64,000 bases of DNA from Acidobacteriota bacterium. Lineage in GTDB: Bacteria; Acidobacteriota; UBA6911; RPQK01; JADFOI01. Where the stretch lies: NCBI GenBank assembly GCA_963663035.1, contig OY760074.1:1984001-2048000 (forward strand), in the 5' to 3' direction. Each line of letters opens with the position of its first letter. Position 1 is the first letter of the stretch. The notes beneath the pieces were generated by a model. The model made no database searches, was not told the origin of the DNA, and was given only the letters and a program-made list of their open reading frames with translations. Position numbers and translations under genes: made by a program. Below are positions 21,401-29,821 of this stretch, piece by piece.

Positions 21401-21693
21401 GGCTATGGGAGTACGCCTCCCGGCCTATAGCTATTCTGGCCGCCATCCTCATCATGGTTTTCGCCGTTTATCAACTGTTTATTGCTCCAGCTCGAGAACT
21501 TTCCACTCTGGTGGCGTTGGCCCAGGAATCGTTTGAAGCTGGCGAGTACCCGGCGGCCCAGCTGAGGATCACCGAAGGGCTGAATTTGGATCCGGAACAG
21601 CCAGATTTACTTCTTCTTGATGTCGAGGTGAAAAAAGCCCTGGCGGAAGCTGCTGTGCCAACGGTCCCCCCTGGAATCCTCTCTTTGAACTGA
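15406..21693 (+). CDS. Giant Hanks-type Ser/Thr kinase with ~29 TPR-like 53-aa repeats and a TM helix; 3' end truncated by IS3
   Basis: GEGGMG, VAIK, HRDIKPGN, DFG, GTLPWMSPE, DVWSTG; repeat array; TM segment IAILAAILIMVFAVYQLFI. The stop TGA at 21691 is the first triplet of IS3 copy 1. Confidence 0.92.
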   Translation: MSEELFFDRYVLKKPPMGEGGMGAVYEAYDQKLGCRVAIKMMSSEVAANNEFRRRFYWEASSAAKFRDCANIVTIFDYDVAEGDQPFISMEFLEGQDLKAKLKESSPLELPLYECQAFSFKEKLEIIVQVCRGLARAHSGEVFHRDIKPGNIFITREGPVKILDFGVARIMDSTLTQENVTLGTLPWMSPEQIRGRPVDGRSDVWSTGVVLYEVLCHRRPFLGDQIALVRQISSEAYPPLTRYLPACAKELEELVGRALAKDPAQRFATANDMANSLEEFSRLLDSKEQELFSEVENLQELLRKWRSEAGELQVPAILEGSVFTREADPDQTTPLWKVDYGTLLERHNELFGWWQLFNDHPDRVTPVFELLSKSTEEFETADILSCLETLKQIKSLDSRIAHVEMLEVECGWILGQPRQRRKELIDAKVGRWREEQQKLEIYLKTRAMLEEAESYLEEKDYQAGLEAVEKLLTLSPKHPQGLKIRSSAERAIERLGEVEEVLSRAKAAFEAGDYQTCVEATDQGLRLDPEHDELKKLNQLAKDALERSRQVKDLFQQAEQALDAENYPLVLQLAGEVLSLEPDHEEALRIQNQAKGAQERRQRIEELMASARAAVQAQDPESCLKATTEALELDPKNGALLALQQQAQEILDLRGKVENLLTQAKQTLQAEDFKGALQLADEVLNVRAEDEEALSVQKEAREALERQERIAELLTFGLAALEAGEFQTSLRLAQQGLKLDLENSGLEELRSRSQEALDSIQKTKELLAQAHKLLEENNETGVLQVVQEVLALDSQNTLALQLKQEIAVRSENREREQKVLVLLAAAQEAHQAGNFESCLRSTRKALALAPDHPEVRELDRLAIEALERNRRVEALLKKAQRALQAKDYPSAAETAQQALDLQPQDQYALQICREAAEALERQERISELLQEAQAYFSSQDYESCLKASQEGLQLDPRHTELGKLRKKTQEILDEIGKIEQLLGEAREALKDDDYPVARKRARGILELESDHPEALKIDETATHAVRRLVELNQILASAQQSFEKKQYQNCLEEVQEGLRVEPQNEGLLRLQEQAQEALEKLQKIDALFEQAQELLEQKEDDPVLEKVREILSLDPENAQAVKLKQELAVRSENREREQKVLVLLAAAQEAHQAGNFESCLRSTRKALALAPDHPEVRELDRLAIESLERNRRVEALLKKAQRALKEKDYPSATETAQKVLDLQPQDQYALQICREAAEALERQKRISELLQEAQEYYGSQDYENCLKASQEGLQIDPRHAELRKLRKQAQEILEKSLKIEQLLAEAREALKDDDYSVAQKRARGILKLESDHPEALKIDETAAQGARRQQQLNKILASAQQSLKKGEFQNCLEGVQEGLKVEPQNEGLLRLQEQAQEALERLQKIDELFEQAQRLLKQKQDDPAMEKVREILSLDPENVQAIQLRKKAVARLEAREKEERVSDLLAQAEEAYQQGEFKTCLQATAEALVLAPAHPETKTLDQKAREAYEKEQQVEDLLARVHRFRTAENYRAALEATEQALALQPDLGELQEIRDSITKALSHQETVKKLRTKARDLYESGDYHGCLKACDEGLKLEPEERDLLRLNQLAAEAIKQEKRLEDLLEQSRQALDQGDFSRALGFSEQALTIDPNHGEALQMQKGAKQEAERRQKLDSFLFSARRLFEAKEYSKCVQAVESGLKLDRENSELSELLERAQQSLDKQLRIGELLSQARELFKGAKDREVVVTAKELLALDPKHSEGLQLLEKAQARIRARERRERVDQLLEKVRRSYQASEYQKCLEASKEALALEPDSPEVTEFQVKAQEKLEQSERQGRLLEAAGKKLEAKDFGGAIDQAQAVLLLNPGQPDALKIQQKAEEGLERQRRGDEYLTSAEAAFEAENYKACLEAAAQGLEVQPEQVRFKQLQRLAGRALQKREKTMSSLLDKARRQLKLENFRKALTLTQDILALDPDHREAIEIQETAKDGIERLGPDAEPGLWEYASRPIAILAAILIMVFAVYQLFIAPARELSTLVALAQESFEAGEYPAAQLRITEGLNLDPEQPDLLLLDVEVKKALAEAAVPTVPPGILSLN
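17809..19734 (+). repeat. Recent 963-bp (321-aa) intragenic tandem duplication in the kinase
   Basis: CTGAAGCAGGAA(A/C)TTGCAGTTCGATC at 17809 and 18772; high nucleotide similarity persists to about 18770 and 19733. Confidence 0.9.
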
Positions 21694-22957
21694 CCTGCCC
21701 CCACGAACGAGTCCACCCTCTATGCTAGACCCGGGACCATTTGAAGTCCACTCCAAGGGATTGGATCCAGTGCCTGCGACCTAGGTAGTTTGGCCTCTGG
21801 CGCCGGCGGCCGATAGGCCAAGGCGCTGTGAGGCCGGATCTGATTGTAATCCCTCCGCCAGCGTTCTACCAACACCTTGGCTTCCCCCAGCGTGTCGAAG
21901 ATCTCCATGTTCAGCAGCTCATCCCGTAGTTTCCCGTTGAAACTCTCAATGTACCCATTCTCCCAGGGGCTGCCCGGCTCGATGTACAAGGTCCTTACCC
22001 CAACAGCCTGCAGCCAGTCCCGGACCGCCTGTGCCGTAAACTCCGATCCGTTATCGGACCGGATAAACTCAGGCACTCCCCGATCAACGAATAACTCCGC
22101 CAGCCGGTCCAACACGTCTTGGTGATTCATCTGCCGTTTCACATCAATGGCGAGGCACTCTCTGGTGTACTCATCCAGGATCGTCAATAGCCGAAAGGCT
22201 CGCCCATCATGGGTCCGTTCATGCACGAAATCATAGCTCCAGACGTGGTTCTTGCGAGCCGCTCGTAACCGAACACAGGAACCGTCATTAAGCCACAGCC
22301 TCCTTCGTTTCGGCTGTCTGGACGGGACTTTCAGCCCTTCTTGTCTCCACAGCCTCTCCACCCGCTTAGGATTCACCTTCCACCCTTCCCCATGAAGTAT
22401 CGCCGTGACCCGCCGGTAGCCATAACGCCCGTATTGCGTAGCCAACTCCACCATCCGGGCCACCAATCGGGCCTCATCATCGGGAATTTGCCTTTCCCTT
22501 CGCTGGGTCGATCGAACCTGTCCCAGCACTTGGCAGGCCCGACGTTCGGAGACTCGCTCTGCTCCTAATCGCTCTCGTACCCACATCACCGCTCGTCTCC
22601 TGTTCGCCGGGCCTAGAAGTTTCCCGAGGACACTTCCTTCAGGATCTGCTTGTCCAAAGACAGATCCGCCACCAGCTTCTTCAACCGGGTATTCTCCTTC
22701 TCCAACACCTTCAACCTCTTGGCCTGGTCCAACCGGAGCCCTCCGTACTCTTTGCGCCACCGGTAGTAGGTCTGCTCGCTCACCCCCATCTGCTTCGACA
22801 CCTGTCCCACCCTCTGTCCTTGGGCCAGACCCACCTCTGCCTCACGCAGCTTCATGATGATCTGTTCTGCCCTAAACCGCTTCCCTGCCATCCTTGCCTC
22901 CTTCCTAAACCGGAAATCCTAACATTCAAACTGGACTCGTTTTAGGGGGCAAGGTCA
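21691..22957 (-). mobile_element. IS3-family (IS407-group-like) element, copy 1, 1267 bp
   Basis: TG...CA ends with TIRs TGACCTGCCCCC and GGGGGCAAGGTCA; orfA 22613-22891 and orfB with DDE motifs (WSYDF, SDNGSEF, ESFNG). Flanks GAAC and GAGG do not match. Confidence 0.95.
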
Positions 22958-24203
22958 GAGGGAAATTTTCTTTAACGAAACCTTCGACGGCAACGGCAGG
23001 ACATGTGGCACCTGTCATCGAGCGGAGAGCAACTTTACTATCGACCCCGCTTTTATCGCCACCCTGCCGGATGACGATCCGCTCTTTGTCGCCGAATTCA
23101 ATCCTGACCTGAAACAGAACTTCGAAAACCCAAGACTGATGCGAGACTTCGGGTTAATTCTGGAAAACCAAGACGGGTTTGATGACCTGGAAAACAATTT
23201 CAACATGCGTGGTGTTCCTCATACCCTCGGTCTTCGAAACTCGGTCGACAGCCGTCAAGGTCCTCGCACTGGCTGGTCCGGTGATGGATCGCCAGGAGAC
23301 GGATCGGTTCGCTCTTTCGCCGTTGGAGCCGTCGTTCAGCACTTCACCAAAACACTAAACCGCGTTTCGGGCGTTGATTTTCGACTTCCTACCGATGAGG
23401 AGTTGGATGCGCTGGAGGCATTCCAGTTCTCTCTCGGCCAGCAGGAAGATCTAACCTTGCCGCTGCCGCTTAAAGGCACGGTTGCGTCACGAGGCCAGGA
23501 GATCTTTAATGATCCCACCCTGGGCAAGTGTTCCGCTTGCCATTTAAACGCCGGTGCCAACGGGGACCCCAATATTTTTGGTGCTGATGCAGGCAATTTG
23601 AACTTCAACACAGGTGTTGAAGATCTCCCCGATCAACCTGCTGACCTCACCGGGGAATTGGTGCCACCAGACGACGGCTTTGGTACGCCCGGCAGCGGTG
23701 AGTTCAACACCCCGTCTCTCGTTGAGGCTGCAGATACCGGCCCGTTTTTCCACAATAACTCGCTTGAAACGATTGAGGGGGCAGTCGCCTTTTATAACGG
23801 TGACGCCTTCAACAACTCGCCGGCAGGCCAGCTTCTGGCTGGCGCTACGGGCAGCGGCATCAATCTGGATGCGACCCAGGTCGAGGCGGTGGCTGCATTT
23901 CTCAGGGTCATCAATGCCTTGGAGAATATTCGGCAAAGCATTGAGTTCTTAGAGTCTTTCGTACATAGGGAGTTCTTGGGGAACGAGGTCTTCGGTCAGT
24001 TGCTTGAGCGTGCTATCCAAGAGACAAATGACAGCATAAAAGTACTCACTGCCGGCGGCCTCCACCCAATAGCAGTAGCTCACCTAAGAGAGGCACGCAG
24101 GCTCACTAGGGAGGCAATCGAGAAACGTTCATCGAGTGGCGAGCTTGCTCAAGAAGCTATTCTTGAGCAGGAGCGCGCGCGGGACCAACTCGTTGAACCG
24201 TAA
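22958..24203 (+). pseudogene. 3' part of a di-heme cytochrome c peroxidase-like lipoprotein gene
   Basis: Frame is open from the IS end: REIFFNETFDGNGRTCGTCHR ... GKCSACH ... FNTPSLVE..GPFFHN. The 5' part lies at 45086-45232 on the minus strand. Confidence 0.88.
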
Positions 24204-24260
24204 CGACCCATGGCGTTTTGTATTCTATTAGTTGTAGTATGAAAGAGGAGATATATAGCC

Positions 24261-24638
24261 ATGCTAAAGTCTTTCATGACAATAGGCGTGTTAGTTACAT
24301 TGTTTGTGGGCCTGCCTGATGCCCAAGCACAAAGGGCTAGTGAGATATTTATCCCCATCGGGCAATCTCCAGGTTTGTCTGGTAAATACACCGAGATAGG
24401 GAAAATCGATGCTGCCAACGCTCAGGACCAGACCATTACGATGACTAACTCATCGGGAAGCTCTACTGTAGAGATCACGGAGAGCACAAATATCTGGTTG
24501 GACAGGAGTAAGCTTCAATTAACCAATCAGAAGGGGGCTTTCGCCAATCTCCAAACGGGCCAGACGATTGAAGTCAAGTACAAAGACAACGATCCAGGGA
24601 GTCCAGTGGAATGGATCAAAGTGCAAGTCACTGAGTAG
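24261..24638 (+). CDS. Small exported hypothetical protein (possibly OB-fold-like)
   Basis: GAGGAG RBS, signal peptide ending AQA, beta-rich composition. Confidence 0.75.
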   Translation: MLKSFMTIGVLVTLFVGLPDAQAQRASEIFIPIGQSPGLSGKYTEIGKIDAANAQDQTITMTNSSGSSTVEITESTNIWLDRSKLQLTNQKGAFANLQTGQTIEVKYKDNDPGSPVEWIKVQVTE

Positions 24639-24709
24639 TCTAGCCAGTGATCGCCTGCCTTTCGCGAAGAATGGCTCCTAGATTGACCGAGCTTCCCACG
24701 AATTTGGGC

Positions 24710-26143
24710 TGTGCCTAGTAAAAAGTCCGTCCGCCTGTCCCCCCCCGAAAAATATCGTCCGCCTTGTACAGCAACGACTTATGGAGTTCTTGAGTCTGAG
24801 CTCGAGGCCTCGTATTCTGGGGCCATGAGAGAGATTCGTTGCCTGTTCCAGATCATCCTCGAGACGATTTCTGACCTCAAGCAAGCTGCCGGATACATCC
24901 ATACTTTTCTATCGGCTCTCTTCAGCTCAAGGGCAACTTTGGCGGCACGAGTCTTGGCGGCAGAAAGTCAGTTGGCCGCGTGCAAGCGTCGGATCGAGGG
25001 GAAGGATCTACCGAGGCCCAGATTCACCCAGGCTTTCAGACTGCTTTGGGTGTTGCTGTCCAAGGCCTGGGATGAATGGCATCAAGTGTTACATCTGATG
25101 CAGCCCGCCACGGTCAAGCGCTGGCACACCACAGCCTTCCGTCTCTACTGGCGTAGGAAGTCGAGGGGACAGCCTGGCTGGCCTCCAGTGCCAAAGGAGA
25201 TGCGGGATCTGATTCGCCGGCTGAGCCGAGAGAATCCTGTATGGAGTGCCGAACGAATCCAGGACACCTTGCGGCTTCTCGGCTGCGATCCTCCTTGTGA
25301 CGACACCATCCGCAAGTACATGGGCCAGTCGAAGAATCAGCCTGACAAACCAACGAACTGGCTGCCTTTCCTGCGCAACCATCTGGATGTCTCCTGGGCG
25401 ATGGACTTCTTTACCGTGATCACGGTTGGCTTCTGATTTCTCTACGTTTTTGTCGTCTTTGAACATGGTCGAAGGAGGGTGATGCATTTCTCGACGACGT
25501 TTCATCCCTCCATGGCATGGGTTATTCAACAGCTTCGAGAAGCTACGCCCTTCGGTCGTCAGCCCAGATATTTGTTCCGTGACAATGACGGCATCTACGG
25601 CCACGGAGTGCGGAAGTTCCTGGGCAGCTGTAACATTGAAGAGATGCGAACGGCGTACAGGAGTCCTTGGCAGTATCCTTATATAGAAAGGTTTGTCGGC
25701 ACGCTCCGCAGGGAACTGCTCGATCATGTCATCGTGCTCAGTGAAAGGCACCTGAACCGTTTACTCAGGGAATACATTGAGCAGTACTACCATTCCGCCC
25801 GGCCACATCAGGGACTGGACGGTGGCACACCCGTTCCCACTAAGAAGCCGAGTGTAGCTGCTGGGCCACTCAAGCTGATCTCGATTCCGATCTGCGGTGG
25901 GCTTCACCATCGCTACGAACGGGTGGCAGCGTAAGACTCAGGTCACAACCGACTCATTCCCTCAACATCTGTCCGACACAGGCAAGGTCTGCCTGGGGGG
26001 CTTCTTCAGCCGCAAAGCAAACGCCTGTCCACTGATTCTCATCGTGGTTCGTAGTGCTCGTCGAGGAAGATCATTCAAATTTGCAACCTGAGCCTGCGCC
26101 TTGTGCTTCCTAACCGGTTGGAATGGAGTTTTTCGGAGGGACA
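24710..26143 (+). mobile_element. Integrase-core-domain (rve) IS with a nonsense-inactivated transposase (about 24825-25934)
   Basis: ORFs 24711-25436 and 25479-25934 share a frame, split by TGA; motifs AMDFFTV, RDNDGIY, IERFVGTLRRE, RPHQGL, GGLHHRY. End motifs TGTGCCTAGTAAAAAGTCCGTCC (24710) and TGTCCCCCCCCGAAAAA (24736) oppose TTTTTCGGAGGGACA (ends 26143). Confidence 0.75.
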
Positions 26144-26242
26144 GCCTAAGATCTGCAGCACCAGCTTCGCAGCGCCGCGCGACACCGTCCAATAGTGAAC
26201 TGATCCATAAGATCTGCACTCCAGAGACTATCTTTGTCGTCT

Positions 26243-27181
26243 TCACAATGCAGTTCTCGGCTTGTCGTGGCATAGCTGAACCAAGTCTGCGATCCTTGCT
26301 GTGCCGACACACATGACGGTGTCTGCAGCGCCCCAATAGATCTTGAGAGTACCGTCGTCCTCGGCAACGGCCCCACAGCTAAAAACAACGTTATGCACGT
26401 AGCCTGTTAACTCCCAGGAATCTTCTGGGGACACTATCCAATCGTCGGCAACACCGAGCACTTTGGCGGGGTCGGCAAGATCATGCAGCGCCACACCCAG
26501 GCGATACACGGCACCATCCATGGTCGGAAACACGCCGTGGTAAATGCTAAGCCATCCGTCGGGCGTCTTGATAGGCGTCGCGCCCGGACCTATCTTCATT
26601 TCGTCCCAATGACACGGGACAGGCCGGATCACCGGCACCGAATCACCCCAGTGAACCAGATCCGGAGACCAGGACAGCCAGATGCACCAGGGGTTAATTT
26701 CCGAGTGGGGCCGATCCAGCCTCGCGTAACGGCCGTTGAACGTGTCCGGGAAAATCACGACATTACGCATGTCTGCCTGACTAATAAGCGACACTCTCTC
26801 GACTGTCCTAAAATCGCGCGTTTTTGCCAGACCGATGCGCACGCCAAACCTGGAATAAGCGCTGTAAGTAATATAATGCTCACCGGCAATGGAACAAATT
26901 CGCGGGTCCTCGACACCGTACTCCTCGTGCACTGCAAATTTATTTTCGCTGGAGGGCACCATGAATGGCTTGGGATCTGCCTGGAATTTGTAACCGTCAT
27001 CACTCCGTGCGATACCGATAATCGATCGTCCGTTACGTAAGTGCGAACGGAACAGCAGGATGTATTGGCCGTCAAACCTGGTTGCCCCCGCATTGTGAAC
27101 CGTCTCTACGGCGTAGGGGATGTCGTGCTTGGTGAGGATTGGATTGCCCTGATACCGCGTCACCAAAGGTTTATTGATCAT
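26243..27181 (-). CDS. GH130-family mannoside phosphorylase/glycosidase
   Basis: NPIL, NAGA, GVEDPRI, RLDRP, KIGPG, IYHGV, NVVFSCG, YWGAAD. Confidence 0.9.
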   Translation of the reverse strand: MINKPLVTRYQGNPILTKHDIPYAVETVHNAGATRFDGQYILLFRSHLRNGRSIIGIARSDDGYKFQADPKPFMVPSSENKFAVHEEYGVEDPRICSIAGEHYITYSAYSRFGVRIGLAKTRDFRTVERVSLISQADMRNVVIFPDTFNGRYARLDRPHSEINPWCIWLSWSPDLVHWGDSVPVIRPVPCHWDEMKIGPGATPIKTPDGWLSIYHGVFPTMDGAVYRLGVALHDLADPAKVLGVADDWIVSPEDSWELTGYVHNVVFSCGAVAEDDGTLKIYWGAADTVMCVGTARIADLVQLCHDKPRTAL

Positions 27182-28205
27182 CGCGTGCTTCCCCGTTCAA
27201 AATCTTCTGGTAAACGCGAACATAGTCGCGTGCCATACGTGTGCTCGTAAAGCGCTTTTCAACATCGGCGCGGCAGATGGATCTGTCAATTGTTCTAACG
27301 CCAGCTACCGCATTTATCGCGCCTTCAATGTCCTCAACAATATAACCGGTTTCGCCGTCACGGATGATTTCTGGCATTGAACCACGGTCAAACGCAATGA
27401 CGGGCGTACCGCACGCCATAGATTCAATCAGGCTCAATCCAAAAGGTTCGTCGAAACTGATTAGATGCAACAGTGCCAGCGCGTGGCCTAACACCTCCGC
27501 CCTTTGGTCGGGTCCCACAGAACCCAGATAATCCACAGTCGTGCCGTCAATATGAGGCTTCACTTTGGTTGCGAAGTAGTCCTGATCCTGAATGATGCCG
27601 GCGATCACCAGCTTTATTCCGACGCGCTGTGCCACTTGAATTGCTTCGTGCACGCCCTTCTCTGGATGGATGCGACCAAAGAACAGGAGATACTCGCCCT
27701 CGGCGCCCGAAAATGGGAATCGTGCAACATCAATACCGTGATGGATGGTGGCTATGTAATCGAGTTCCGGCGACCTATCTGACTCACTGATCGCTACGTA
27801 GTGGCTCTGAGCATTATATTTTCTGTAGACTGGTATGATTGCCGGCGATGAGAAACCGTGGATCGTCGTCAGCACCGGTGTCTCAACGAGCGCAGAGTAC
27901 GTGAGCGGTAGAAAGTCAAAATGATTATGAATGAGATCATAATCGGCGGAACGTTCGAAGACCTCGGCAATATGCAGGCACTCTGCGACTTTCGGGTTAA
28001 CGGAAGGATCCTCGGAATAAGGACGTGGGCACACAGCGACCAGTTTGCCGCTGGTTTGCGAATCCCTGGTGGCGAAAAGAGTCACGTCCAGGCCCAGTCG
28101 CACCAACTCTTCCGTGAGAAGGCTCACGACGGATTCCCATGGCCCGTAATGCCGAGGAGGCGTCCGCCACGAGACGGGGCTAAGGACTGCGATACGCATA
28201 AACAT
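27171..28205 (-). CDS. GT4-family glycosyltransferase
   Basis: PPRHYG, IHHGID, GRIHPEKG, EPFGLSLIESMACGTPV. Confidence 0.9.
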   Translation of the reverse strand: MFMRIAVLSPVSWRTPPRHYGPWESVVSLLTEELVRLGLDVTLFATRDSQTSGKLVAVCPRPYSEDPSVNPKVAECLHIAEVFERSADYDLIHNHFDFLPLTYSALVETPVLTTIHGFSSPAIIPVYRKYNAQSHYVAISESDRSPELDYIATIHHGIDVARFPFSGAEGEYLLFFGRIHPEKGVHEAIQVAQRVGIKLVIAGIIQDQDYFATKVKPHIDGTTVDYLGSVGPDQRAEVLGHALALLHLISFDEPFGLSLIESMACGTPVIAFDRGSMPEIIRDGETGYIVEDIEGAINAVAGVRTIDRSICRADVEKRFTSTRMARDYVRVYQKILNGEARDDQ

Positions 28206-28345
28206 GCTCGAAGTTGGTGATTCTCGAAAGTGTGAATTCTAATGCAAGCTTCCGACGGCTTACACGGCTATAATCCGCACGGTCTGAACCTGGGCCACTT
28301 ACCCATGTTCATTGTCAGTCAGATTCAATTAGTGCGCAAGCATCA

Positions 28346-29821
28346 ATGAGACGTACAGAACGACGCAAGCAACTGGTCAAACGGCGGTCAACCCTGCTGA
28401 ATGCTGAGAGCGCACGCGTTATTACCCGGCCGTATATTCCAGGAGACAAGGCGCGCATAAAAGTCCTGATCGATCGGGTCTCCAAGCTGAGCGACGACGA
28501 GGGGCATCACTTGCTGGAGGCCGTATTCCAGGACTTCTCAGGTCGTCACCGGAACTTTCGAGGGGCCCTTCAGAGGAACTTTAGTCGTATTGCAGAACAC
28601 GTCCCGAAACGTATCTCTTTGTCATCCGAGCAACAACTTCTCCTTGGTGCCTACTTTACCTCAGAGTATTCAGTCGAGGCAGCCGCGCTCTTCAATCCAT
28701 CTATCGTTCCCCATCCTCACCAGAAAGGCGTTGACAAAGGATCGCAGCGATTCGTCATGAGCTTCAGGGCGACCGGTGAAGGTCATGTGTCCTCGATTGA
28801 ATTTCGTAGCGGAATCGTTGACAAGAATCACGATATCTACTTCGATCCTCTTAGCCAATACGTGGCCACGCCTGAGATGCGCACAGATCCTGTTTATTAT
28901 CGTCTTCATTTTCGACAAAAACTCGAAGAGATGGGAGCACGCGAGCAGATCACGAATCACCTATTGGAAGGACTAGATGAGACGTTTACGTTTGTTGAGC
29001 TGGAAACACAGATCAAGAATCTCCGTTCGACCAAGTTTCGACTGAGGGACAAACAGCACGCAATTGATGCGGCATTGTGGCTGGCTCGGTCCAACTATGA
29101 AGTGAGATTCCGCCCTGATGAACAGATTTCTGAAAGGGTGATCTTCCCGGTGTCTCCAAACGAGAGCGCAGGCATCGAGGATGCTAGGTTTGTGCGTTTC
29201 GAGGATGATGATGGATCAGTCATCTACTATGCCACTTACACCGCCTACAATGGGTTTGCCATACTGCCGCAAATTCTCGAGACTGCCGACTTCGTGACGT
29301 TCAAGATGCATACAATCAGCGGCAAAGCTGCGCTGAACAAGGGTATGGCGTTATTTCCGAGAAAGATCAACGGCAAGTTCGTGATGTTGTCACGCCAGGA
29401 TGGCGTCAATAACTACATCATGTTCTCGGACAGCGTTCGTTTCTGGAACGAGGCGAAACTCCTGAAGGAGCCTGTGCATCCGCTGGAGTTTGTTCAGGTT
29501 GGCAATTGTGGCTCGCCCATGGAGACGTCTGAGGGATGGCTCGCACTTTCCCACGGCGTTGGACCGATGCGCAGATACAGCATCTGGGCCGAGCTTTTGG
29601 ACCTTGACGATCCGTCGCGGGTTATCGGTCGGCTAGATGAGCCGATACTGACACCTGATGAGCATGAGCGGGACGGCTACGTGCCCAATGTGGTCTATTC
29701 TTGCGGAAGCATGATTCATGGGGACGCGTTGGTCGTCCCTTATGGCATTGCTGATCAAAGATGCAGAGTTGCTACCGTCTCTATACCGGAGCTGTTATCA
29801 CGGCTCATGAGGTGCCTTTAA
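28346..29821 (+). CDS. GH130-family glycosidase, long form with N-terminal/inserted region
   Basis: AALFNPS, GEGHVSS, GIEDARFV, NKGMALFP, GNCGSP, GYVPNVVYSCG. Confidence 0.88.
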   Translation: MRRTERRKQLVKRRSTLLNAESARVITRPYIPGDKARIKVLIDRVSKLSDDEGHHLLEAVFQDFSGRHRNFRGALQRNFSRIAEHVPKRISLSSEQQLLLGAYFTSEYSVEAAALFNPSIVPHPHQKGVDKGSQRFVMSFRATGEGHVSSIEFRSGIVDKNHDIYFDPLSQYVATPEMRTDPVYYRLHFRQKLEEMGAREQITNHLLEGLDETFTFVELETQIKNLRSTKFRLRDKQHAIDAALWLARSNYEVRFRPDEQISERVIFPVSPNESAGIEDARFVRFEDDDGSVIYYATYTAYNGFAILPQILETADFVTFKMHTISGKAALNKGMALFPRKINGKFVMLSRQDGVNNYIMFSDSVRFWNEAKLLKEPVHPLEFVQVGNCGSPMETSEGWLALSHGVGPMRRYSIWAELLDLDDPSRVIGRLDEPILTPDEHERDGYVPNVVYSCGSMIHGDALVVPYGIADQRCRVATVSIPELLSRLMRCL

